Positions 9,976 through 17,335 of a stretch of DNA of 41,656 bases are shown one piece after another. Source of the stretch: a virus. Taxonomy: Duplodnaviria; Caudoviricetes. A program made the translations under genes and the position numbers. The notes under the pieces were generated by a model, which ran no database searches, had not been told where the DNA came from, and worked only from the letters and a program-made list of their open reading frames with translations. The stretch lies in IMG/VR virus record IMGVR_UViG_3300035542_000178, positions 1 to 41,656 of that record, one strand, 5' to 3'. Position 1 is the stretch's first letter. Each line of letters begins with the position of its first letter.

Positions 9976-10088
9976 AATACCTCTATTTCTAAATCGTTGC
10001 AAAGTTTTGCGGCGCTGTCTGTGTGGCCTGCCTGGTTAATAATATCGAGCGTATTTTGTTTTCCGGTGCCAATAGCGGTGCCAGTTCC
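9043..10088. repeat. 96-bp direct repeat shared by the 3' ends of two paralogues (9043-9138 and 9993-10088)
   Basis: Manual alignment gives 92/96 identical, offset 950 bp. Confidence 0.9.
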
Positions 10089-10946
10089 AACCAAAGAGCT
10101 TGTAATATTACTCCAAAAATATCCATAGCTAAGATAATCCGGTGAGTGTTCATAATATGTTGTACCATCGATATAAAATATTAATCCACCAGCAGGACCA
10201 ACATCACGTAAACTATAAGCTCCTTCCTCTGCTGTGAAGGTGCGACAAGCTCTAATTCTCATCCTATCATCAGATTTTTGACCACTAGTTCCAAAACCGC
10301 CAGTACTCATACTAAACATATAATATGCTTGATTAGCATTAACCTCTGATGATGTCCAATGGTATCCGCCTCCTAAATTACCCACTCCCTCTAAATATAA
10401 ATTAGTTCTCATTATACTTAATTCATCTTTACTCGGTAAAAACCAATCATTATATATAACAATTACTTTTATCTTTTCGCCACCGGCTGCAGAAAAAACG
10501 CGGGTAAGGCTGTCGGCATAAAACTGCATGTTTATGCCCTGGTTGTCGGCGCCGTTTTTGCCGGTACCTATATTGTAGGTAAAGTTTAGCGGGTTGTCTG
10601 CTGTTCCGGCAACTTTATACAGCCCGTTGTTGTCTTTGTAAGCAATTACAAACCGGGTGCCTTTCATTTCTTCGAGCTGCGAAAGTACATCAACAGATAA
10701 CCCGGGATAAAAAAGGCTAAAACTGCGCTCGAAAATAATACCGCCTTTGGTTTCTTTTTTATTTTCGGCAAATTGCTTGCTCGAAAAAACACCATACACA
10801 CTTAACCACGATTTGCCCGATTTTAACTCTAATCCCTGCAGCTCGCCCAGTATTATATCGCCAAAAGAAGCGATATCGTTAACCGGAATAAACCAAAACT
10901 GGTTAACTCCGCCCATGCTGTTTTGTGGTTTGGGAAAGTTTTTCAT
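9972..10946 (-). CDS. Tail-tube-like domain fused to DUF1566-like C-type lectin domain (paralogue of 9025-9975)
   Basis: NSMGG..., FVIAYKDNNGLYKVAGT; DWFLPSKDEL, HWTSSE, IRACRTF, GPAGGLIFY. Confidence 0.75.
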   Translation of the reverse strand: MKNFPKPQNSMGGVNQFWFIPVNDIASFGDIILGELQGLELKSGKSWLSVYGVFSSKQFAENKKETKGGIIFERSFSLFYPGLSVDVLSQLEEMKGTRFVIAYKDNNGLYKVAGTADNPLNFTYNIGTGKNGADNQGINMQFYADSLTRVFSAAGGEKIKVIVIYNDWFLPSKDELSIMRTNLYLEGVGNLGGGYHWTSSEVNANQAYYMFSMSTGGFGTSGQKSDDRMRIRACRTFTAEEGAYSLRDVGPAGGLIFYIDGTTYYEHSPDYLSYGYFWSNITSSLVGTGTAIGTGKQNTLDIINQAGHTDSAAKLCNDLEIEVL

Positions 10947-10949
10947 GGC

Positions 10950-11534
10950 TTAAACGGGTTTAGGGACACTTTGTCCAGAATAGGGGACAGATTGACCAAA
11001 TGTTTTTTCAAGATTTTCGAGAATTTCTTTGTGCCGCTGTAAATCTTTTTTAATAGAGTCGCTCGGGAAATCATCTTCCGAAAATCCAAACAAGTCCTGA
11101 AAATCTTTAATGGCATTTACCCAGGTTTGCCCAAAGCTGTTAGCCGTAAATATAAACAGGCGCGATTGTGCTTTAATATAATCTTCGAGCAACCGGTTAA
11201 AATCAACAACAGAAGTGGCGGTAAGGTCAAAACCATAGCGGTTAAAGGTATCGTCGTCGATTAATATTTTTAGCTCTTCGGCATAAATCATTTTGCCATA
11301 TTTTTTTAAATGAAACCGGCTATTGCGATGGCAAATTTTACGCTCGAGTATCATTTTAAGGTAATTAAAAAAGTACCTGTTTTTTCGTAAATCTGCAGGA
11401 TTGCCAAACTGGTTTATTAAAAACCTTTTAACATAGGGTTTGCAGGGTAATGTAAGAATATTACCCTGCCCGTTGGGTTGTTTGGTGTTGGTGTGTGGCA
11501 TGCGCTGGTGTGTTTGGTTAAGCAATAATAGCAA
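10950..11534 (-). CDS. Hypothetical phage protein, candidate late-gene regulator
   Basis: Last gene before the virion block; true start uncertain (possibly ATG at 11502); function is a positional inference. Confidence 0.6.
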   Translation of the reverse strand: MLLLLNQTHQRMPHTNTKQPNGQGNILTLPCKPYVKRFLINQFGNPADLRKNRYFFNYLKMILERKICHRNSRFHLKKYGKMIYAEELKILIDDDTFNRYGFDLTATSVVDFNRLLEDYIKAQSRLFIFTANSFGQTWVNAIKDFQDLFGFSEDDFPSDSIKKDLQRHKEILENLEKTFGQSVPYSGQSVPKPV

Positions 11535-11581
11535 AAACCTAATATTTAAACAAGTACAACGCGGGGAAGATATTAACAGTT

Positions 11582-11620
11582 AAAGTTTCAAATTTCAAGT
11601 TTCAAATTTCAAATTTCAAA
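11582..11620. repeat. 7-bp tandem repeat (AARTTTC) x5
   Basis: aagtttcaaatttcaagtttcaaatttcaaatttcaaa directly visible. Confidence 0.8.
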
Positions 11621-11801
11621 TTGTCTTATATTCAATTTTTACAATCTGCTCCATTATTCCTTCTCCATTACAAACGGGGCAGGGTTCTTCTTCCGGATAC
11701 CAGCCTTCGGTATGTCCCCTATAAACATTTACGGTTTTTACTTTTGTGCCTTTGCATGCCGGGCAAAGTACCCGGCGAACTATTATTTTGTTTAAAATCA
11801 T
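11616..11801 (-). CDS. Small zinc-finger protein (DnaJ-type CxxCxGxG repeats)
   Basis: CPACKGT and CPVCNGEG. Confidence 0.75.
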   Translation of the reverse strand: MILNKIIVRRVLCPACKGTKVKTVNVYRGHTEGWYPEEEPCPVCNGEGIMEQIVKIEYKTI

Positions 11802-11802
11802 G

Positions 11803-12198
11803 CTATTTTCTTTCGTTTATAAATTTGCGGATGAGTTGAGAAATATCTTTTATTATACTGCCAAATCTTTTGTCTGTGTCTATCAAATTTTGAACAGTAC
11901 GTTCGGAATGTAACACTGTTGCATGGTCAACTCCGCCAATCATTTTACCAATAGACGATAAACTTTCGCGGGTATATTTGCGCGAAAAGTAGTGCGCTAT
12001 TTGTCGCGGTTCTGCAATTTGTCGTTTGCGTGTTCGTAAATCCAGGTTAAAAAGAGGCAAATCATAGTAGTGTGCTACTATTTTTTTAATTTCCAATGCG
12101 GTAGGATTTGTCTTTCTTGCTCTTAGAACAGGTTCTGCAAGTCCTAATCCCGGAATCGCATAAATACTAACTCGTGTTTTTACTGTTTGTGTTTTCAT
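11803..12198 (-). CDS. DnaA C-terminal (domain IV) HTH protein
   Basis: RKRQIAEPRQIAHY...SLSSIGKMIGGVDHATVLHS matches the DnaA domain IV signature. Confidence 0.88.
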   Translation of the reverse strand: MKTQTVKTRVSIYAIPGLGLAEPVLRARKTNPTALEIKKIVAHYYDLPLFNLDLRTRKRQIAEPRQIAHYFSRKYTRESLSSIGKMIGGVDHATVLHSERTVQNLIDTDKRFGSIIKDISQLIRKFINERK

Positions 12199-12237
12199 AA
12201 AAAAAAAAAATTAAGGGGTCTGAAACCGTTTTTTTGC

Positions 12238-12430
12238 GTACAACATATACAACACGTACAACATTTCTTTGTAAAAAACTAATATATAAACAGTTAACCA
12301 TTTTACAACATGTTGATATTGTGTTGTATTTTCAAAAACAGAATACAACACTCTACAACAAACTACAACACCATACAACACTGTAAGTAACTGATTTTTA
12401 ACTTTGTTGTATATGTTGTATATGTTGTAC
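12238..12430. repeat. Iteron-like TACAACA array, putative replication origin
   Basis: 8 TACAACA and 4 TGTTGTA copies with 9-10 bp periodicity; the outer triplets form an inverted repeat. Confidence 0.7.
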
Positions 12431-12475
12431 GGTATTTTCATTGTTTTAGGGTGTTATATTTTTTTTATTTGTTAT

Positions 12476-13279
12476 TTAAACCGGCAGCGGAATTGTAGAA
12501 AGCAGGTTATTGCTTACGTGCGTGTAAATTTCGGTTGTTTTGCTCGATTTGTGGCCGGCTAATTTTTGTATAATTCGTAAATCCACACCTTTTTCTAACA
12601 AATGTGTAAAACAAGAATGCCTTAAAGTGTGAAAGTGAAAATTGCTGCCGATATATTTTTTCACCAGCTTATTACAGCTTTTGGCAGAGTATTGCAAACT
12701 ATCCTGTCCGTTAAAAAGGTACACCTTTGGTTTATAGGCTTTATAATATTGCCTTAAAAGTGTAAGCACCTTTTCGGATAAAGGCACTACGCGGTCTTTT
12801 CTGCCTTTAGCCTGGTAAATTGTAATTATCATCCGTTGACTGTCAATATCATTAATTTTAAGGTTAACAATTTCCGACACGCGCAACCCTACCGAGTAGG
12901 CTAATGATATAATACACTTATGTTTTAAGTTGTTTATTTTTTCGATGGCATGAATAATAACATCATAATCGATTACTTTAGGTATTCGTTTTTCTTTCCT
13001 TGGGCGGTCGAACGAAACCTTATCATATTTTTTATTCAGCGCATACCTGTATAAAAAGCGTATGGCATTAATAATTTGGTTTTGTTGACTAACCGACGAG
13101 AAAGAAAAGTTATCCAGGTAGTCCTGAAAATCTTTCGCCGAAAGATGCACTACCTGTTTGTGTTGGTTCTGCTCCAAAAATTTTTGGATGTAATGCAAAT
13201 ATATTTCCACTGTGCGCTCGGCATAGTTTAAATATATAAGCTTTTGTTTGCAAATCTTTATAATTTTTTCGTTTAACAT
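12476..13279 (-). CDS. Tyrosine recombinase, integron-integrase-like but lacking the IntI insertion
   Basis: 267 aa; SAM-like N-domain (NYAERTVEIY..., SQQNQIINAIRFLY); catalytic GLRVSE, KGRKDR, HTLRHS, AGH, IYTHV. Confidence 0.9.
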   Translation of the reverse strand: MLNEKIIKICKQKLIYLNYAERTVEIYLHYIQKFLEQNQHKQVVHLSAKDFQDYLDNFSFSSVSQQNQIINAIRFLYRYALNKKYDKVSFDRPRKEKRIPKVIDYDVIIHAIEKINNLKHKCIISLAYSVGLRVSEIVNLKINDIDSQRMIITIYQAKGRKDRVVPLSEKVLTLLRQYYKAYKPKVYLFNGQDSLQYSAKSCNKLVKKYIGSNFHFHTLRHSCFTHLLEKGVDLRIIQKLAGHKSSKTTEIYTHVSNNLLSTIPLPV

Positions 13280-13307
13280 GGTGTATATTAGTTTATTGAT
13301 TGTGTTG

Positions 13308-13330
13308 GTTTATATATAGTAGTTATATAC
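13308..13330 (+). other. Putative attI-like site (first GTT at 13322-13324)
   Basis: Only array GTT with no preceding hairpin and no C before it (TAGTAGTT); 43 bp upstream of the integrase start. Confidence 0.55.
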
Positions 13331-13425
13331 AAGTGGCTTGCTGTTTATAGTTTCGACCATTTTGCCGACGTCGGGAATATGGTTAATCACAATAAACGCT
13401 ATACCTCACAAGCCACCAGATATAT

Positions 13426-13707
13426 AACAATGTGTATAAATAATAAAATTACTCAACTACTTCCCTTTCAGAAACACCCCACGCACTCATACTATCAAAA
13501 GTCCAGTCAATATCATCCTCATCTTTGTAGAGTTCTTCAAACTCCTTACGTTTCTGCTCTTTGTGAAATTCCATTGCCATTTCTGCACCCTTGCGTGTTC
13601 TGTGCAAACTCATACAAGCAGCCGCACTTTCGTAAATGCAGTCGTTATACCAAAATTCATATACTTTTTCCATATCCGTAATTTTACTATTCATACACTC
13701 GTCCGTT
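13426..13707 (+). repeat. attC-like site 1 (gene inside loop)
   Basis: Arms gtgtataaataataaaattac / gtaattttactattcatacac. Confidence 0.8.
13449..13673 (-). CDS. Hypothetical cassette protein (74 aa)
   Basis: Probable ATG 13673 in context AAAATTACGGATATG; stop lies in the hairpin arm. Confidence 0.7.
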   Translation of the reverse strand: MEKVYEFWYNDCIYESAAACMSLHRTRKGAEMAMEFHKEQKRKEFEELYKDEDDIDWTFDSMSAWGVSEREVVE

Positions 13708-13717
13708 AGCAACAAGG

Positions 13718-13972
13718 CTAAAAGACATCGACCCAAACATTTCGATTTGGATATTTTATCTTCATTTCGTTGCATAACTTTTCAGCATCCGATTTACGTT
13801 TAAATGTTTTTGCGTTTTCTTTTACTAATGTTCTTCCAGGGTCACCATTCCAATCGGCAATCCAACAATCATGATTAGCTTGAACTTTAATACAATAAAG
13901 CCCAGTTGCTAACACAGTGTCAACCGCAATAGCGGATTCTGTGGTTTGCGAAGTATTCTGCTCTTTGTTCAT
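13718..13972 (-). CDS. Hypothetical cassette protein
   Basis: 84 aa; starts in the loop of site 2 and reads through the arm and core. Confidence 0.7.
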   Translation of the reverse strand: MNKEQNTSQTTESAIAVDTVLATGLYCIKVQANHDCWIADWNGDPGRTLVKENAKTFKRKSDAEKLCNEMKIKYPNRNVWVDVF

Positions 13973-14034
13973 ATTCGTTTATTTTGATAAGTTATTACTA
14001 TTTAATCCGCTACATGCGGTTACACTCAATCGTT
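13911..14034 (+). repeat. attC-like site 2
   Basis: Arms agtgt(c)aaccgcaatagcggatt / aatccgctacatgcggttacact. Confidence 0.85.
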
Positions 14035-14048
14035 AGGCACAATAAAAA

Positions 14049-14252
14049 TTACTTAGTGTCTGCCACTAATGAACTGTCGTGATATTCTGGGATAGTATTC
14101 CATTCCCATTTTTCACCAGTTAATATCTTTCCTTCTTTGGTATCTATTATCAATTTTATTACTCCTACACTATGTAATTGTAGGTAAGTTGTATTTAATC
14201 CAATTTGTTGAACTATTTGTCCGTTATTAAATAAAATAATGTATCGTTTCAT
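14049..14252 (-). CDS. Hypothetical cassette protein
   Basis: 67 aa; same AAAATTACGGATATG start context as 13673. Confidence 0.7.
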   Translation of the reverse strand: MKRYIILFNNGQIVQQIGLNTTYLQLHSVGVIKLIIDTKEGKILTGEKWEWNTIPEYHDSSLVADTK

Positions 14253-14275
14253 ATCCGTAATTTTTACAGATGCCT

Positions 14276-14389
14276 AACAGCAAATCATAAAACATGGCTG
14301 TCGTGCATCTAATTAATATTTATGTTAATTTCAAATTCATATCTTTGTTGTGGCTTTTCGTTTGCCACGTTTCATATTTGCGTACCGTT
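14276..14389 (+). repeat. attC-like site 3
   Basis: Arms gcaaat(c)ataaaacatggc / gccacgtttcatatttgc. Confidence 0.8.
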
Positions 14390-14475
14390 GTACGCAAGCG
14401 GGTGAAGTGCTTCGATTTTAGTTTTCTGCCAATTTGAAAGAAAAATAAAAAATGCCCCGCCCGCTTCTGTTTTTT

Positions 14476-15327
14476 TCAAAACAGTTTGAGTTGGCGTTTG
14501 TACATATCAAATCTTTGTAGTCCATTATCAAAGTATTCGTTATCAATTTCACAAATATCTAATTCAAATCCTTCCATATCACACGCTATTGCCAAACTCA
14601 TGCTGCCTCCATTTGTATCTATTATTTTCATGCCTTTGGTTGCATACTTCTGTAAAATGTATCTATAGAGCATAACAGGTTTTTGCGTTGGGTGAATCCG
14701 TTCCTCGTTAAGTTGTTTATTCCCTTGTTGTATAATTGCTTTCATTACATCTTTTCCGCAATAAACACCTTGTATCATTCCAGCCCAGCGAAAAAACACA
14801 TTTTCAACTCTTTCAAACATCGAACAATAAGCAATTTCACAATCAGAAAACGAAACGCCTTCTGGTACTAATTTATTCCATATCAACCTGCCACCTTTTA
14901 ACTGAAAATCCATATAATTTATGCCAAAAATTATTTGATGCTTACTTACTCTTTGGAGTTCGGTTAGCCATTCAATTCCTGCAGGTTCTTTATCCCAATC
15001 ACCATGTTTATATTTTTTCTTTTTAACATGAAGTGTGCTACCGTTTTTTTGTTTGCATGGTCTATTGTCTTCTTGCGTATAAGCCATTTTTGCAACATTA
15101 ATTCCATAAGGCGGGTCAACTATTGCAAGGTCGTAATACTTATCGGGTTTAGTTTTCATAAACTCAATATTATCACATAAATAAAAATTAATTTCCCCAC
15201 GCTTCGCATTTTTTATTTTTTGTGCTTCGTTGGTAGGTTCGTGCGAACAATCCGCCAGCGTACAACATGCAGTATATTCCATGCCTTGCTGTATCTGTTC
15301 TTGATGCTTATTTTCTCGTTCAATCAT
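14476..15327 (-). CDS. DNA N6-adenine/N4-cytosine methyltransferase (beta class), cassette-borne
   Basis: DLAIVDPPYG catalytic motif, HPTQKPV, SAM-binding IIDTNGGS. Confidence 0.9.
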   Translation of the reverse strand: MIERENKHQEQIQQGMEYTACCTLADCSHEPTNEAQKIKNAKRGEINFYLCDNIEFMKTKPDKYYDLAIVDPPYGINVAKMAYTQEDNRPCKQKNGSTLHVKKKKYKHGDWDKEPAGIEWLTELQRVSKHQIIFGINYMDFQLKGGRLIWNKLVPEGVSFSDCEIAYCSMFERVENVFFRWAGMIQGVYCGKDVMKAIIQQGNKQLNEERIHPTQKPVMLYRYILQKYATKGMKIIDTNGGSMSLAIACDMEGFELDICEIDNEYFDNGLQRFDMYKRQLKLF

Positions 15328-15386
15328 TATCGTAAATTTGAAAGTTAATCACTCGTATTTCGGCACGTAACATACTGCCGTTCGTT
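15264..15386 (+). repeat. attC-like site 4
   Basis: Arms gcagtatattccatgcc / ggcacgtaacatactgc. Confidence 0.8.
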
Positions 15387-15621
15387 AGGCAACATTTAAT
15401 CCAACCAACCAATTTGCCGAAAATCGGTATAGTATAGTTCCGTCGTCGCCTGTAATTACAAAGTTTTTCCCGCCATCAACTGCAAATATTTCAGTTTCGG
15501 CAAATGGCATATCGTTGTAAGTGCTTTTGTATTTTATAAATGCCCTGCTATTTTCAGTCCTTAGTTCTTTTAGCCAAAGTATATTGCCATTATTATCTAC
15601 TGGTATCATTGCTATTTTCAT
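15385..15621 (-). CDS. Hypothetical cassette protein
   Basis: ATG 15621 (track starts at TTG 15639); stop TAA supplied by the GTTA core. Confidence 0.65.
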   Translation of the reverse strand: MKIAMIPVDNNGNILWLKELRTENSRAFIKYKSTYNDMPFAETEIFAVDGGKNFVITGDDGTILYRFSANWLVGLNVA

Positions 15622-15634
15622 AAAAACGTTGCCT

Positions 15635-15749
15635 AACAAAGTGTATAAGCAATAGCTGTTAGGCGTTTAAACTATTGCAGTTGTTAATATTTAAGTTTCT
15701 ACTTCTAATCAAGTTTTGTGTTCGGCTACTGCTCATACACCCAACCGTT
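15635..15749 (+). repeat. attC-like site 5
   Basis: Arms gtgtataagcaatagctg / cggctactgctcatacac. Confidence 0.85.
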
Positions 15750-15858
15750 ACCATGCATTTTGCGCTTGATATTTTAAATCAATCCGAAAGGCACGTAAGC
15801 GCAAAACGTACCCTTCGGCATGGTAACAATTTGTAAATTGCATGGCTGTTTAGTGCAA

Positions 15859-16077
15859 TCAATCAACATCATCGGTTTGCGCCGTTTTGTTTTCCCCGCC
15901 CGCTTCGTCTGCTATCGCAGCCGTTTGGATTTCAGTTTGCCAATCTTCTATATGCCTAACAAGGCTGTTTATTTCAGCCTCATATTTTTGCGGAATCCTG
16001 TTTTTCCGTATATTCATTCGAGAACCGGAAAGGAGCCGTGAAAGCTCCCCCCAGTTAATTAAATCTTGTGCGCTCAT
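15859..16077 (-). CDS. Small putative DNA-binding protein
   Basis: 72 aa; LINWGELSRLLSG HTH-like start; coupled to the upstream ORF. Confidence 0.6.
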   Translation of the reverse strand: MSAQDLINWGELSRLLSGSRMNIRKNRIPQKYEAEINSLVRHIEDWQTEIQTAAIADEAGGENKTAQTDDVD

Positions 16078-16274
16078 TATTCTGCTACAATTATAAATCC
16101 ATACTCTTCTTCATAATCATGTGCGCCATGTTCGCCTGTGAAACATCTTTCACCTTCTCCAACTACTTCAATAGCTACATCGCCATTCATTCCACCTTTA
16201 TGAAAATCTAAATCTACGTCAACTACTTTTTCGTTGTAAAGCTCTTCGTTTGTAATTTTTACTGAGTAAGTCAT
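16077..16274 (-). CDS. Hypothetical acidic protein
   Basis: 65 aa downstream of a consensus promoter. Confidence 0.65.
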   Translation of the reverse strand: MTYSVKITNEELYNEKVVDVDLDFHKGGMNGDVAIEVVGEGERCFTGEHGAHDYEEEYGFIIVAE

Positions 16275-16316
16275 GATTTCTTTGTTTTAATTGTTATTAC
16301 TTAAATTTCTATACGT

Positions 16317-16378
16317 CAAATATACCACATTTGTGGTTAACGCACAAATGTTTTGTAAATTATTTTCCACATTTGTGG
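16317..16378 (-). promoter_or_regulatory. Bacteroidota promoter (TTTG-N20-TATATTTG) with two CCACA-TT-TGTGG operator-like palindromes
   Basis: -7 box 16317-16324, -33 box 16345-16348; palindromes at 16325-16336 and 16367-16378. Confidence 0.75.
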
Positions 16379-16554
16379 TTATTTGTATAGAATCTAAATA
16401 ATCCATCCCTCAAAAAACAAAACTATGATAGTACTATTAATCAACGACAGTGCGACTTTCACGCCACGACAACTTACAAGTTATCGTTATGCTTCATTGC
16501 GCCTGAAATTATACCACATTTAAAATACTTTCCGTCAGGCGCAACGAAAAGCAT

Positions 16555-17303
16555 AACATGTGGTATAATGCAAAGCTGGTCAGTATTTCAAATCAACGTT
16601 TCTGCGTGTGCGATGAAATAAAAAACCCCACCGCACTTCCAGTTTTTCAAACTGGTTTAGGTTCTGGCGTAGCTCACAAACTCGTCACCTCTATCGCATA
16701 ATTCTTTTATCATCGAACAAACTAATCCAAATGACATTCCGCTGTGTCCCTGCTCCTCAATTATTCCTTTGGCTTTGTCAAGCTCACAATCATTATTAAG
16801 CTCTTTAATTATATCAAGTGAAGCACCTAATTCAAATCCCTTGTATAAATCTCGTAGTCTTATTGGAACAATTTTATTCCATAATTCAAGGTATTTCTCA
16901 TCAAGGATGTTTTTACCTTTTGCAATCCATTCTTTGGTTAGTTCTGGAATTGCTTCTTCGTGCCTTTTGTTTTCAGCTTCGTATTCTTCCCGTCTTTTGC
17001 GTTCAGCTTCATCAAATTCAGCTTTTGTTTTGCCAGTAATTTTCTTAAATGCTGAATCCATATCATCAATATCGGAGTACAGCATTTTTCCATTAAAAGA
17101 GCCACAAACTAAGTCTTTATGTTCCTTCAATTCTTTTACAGCAGATTCAATACTTTGTCCTGCACTAAATTCAATTTCTCTATAATTCTTTTTCATAGTG
17201 TAAATATTTAAGTTTAAAAATTCCTTCCCTTCTGTTTTTTATTTTGTGCTTCGTATCAATGGCAGTGCGTATTTCACGCTTCGACATCATACCACTGTCC
17301 GTT
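16555..17303 (+). repeat. attC-like site 7 (gene inside loop)
   Basis: Arms gtggtataatgcaaagc / gcttcgacatcataccac. Confidence 0.75.
16657..17196 (-). CDS. Hypothetical cassette protein (QGHSGMSF motif)
   Basis: 179 aa ORF with typical composition. Confidence 0.8.
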   Translation of the reverse strand: MKKNYREIEFSAGQSIESAVKELKEHKDLVCGSFNGKMLYSDIDDMDSAFKKITGKTKAEFDEAERKRREEYEAENKRHEEAIPELTKEWIAKGKNILDEKYLELWNKIVPIRLRDLYKGFELGASLDIIKELNNDCELDKAKGIIEEQGHSGMSFGLVCSMIKELCDRGDEFVSYART

Positions 17304-17335
17304 GTGGTGCATTAAAACGTTCGCTTCGCCACCAC

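Larger units (their letters stand above)
15825..16488 (+). repeat. attC-like site 6 (two genes inside loop)
   Basis: Arms ttgtaaattgcatggc / gccacgacaacttacaa. Confidence 0.7.

Noticed and set aside
9290-10380. Lectin paralogues as additional targets of the resident DGR
   Set aside because: No alignment to the TR beyond a chance 8-mer (tgccgttc); different lectin subfamily; differences between the copies include indels
11582-11620. 7-bp tandem repeat as a phase-variation switch
   Set aside because: Sits at a gene end in an intergenic gap with no clear promoter or frame it would alter
12211-12441. 76-aa ORF over the TACAACA repeats
   Set aside because: Low-complexity translation (YNIYNIYN, VLY repeats) that follows from the DNA repeat; more likely non-coding origin
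13355-13384. Palindrome accattttgccgacgtcgggaatatggt as a separate ncRNA
   Set aside because: Lies within the folded empty body of cassette 1; no independent promoter or family evidence
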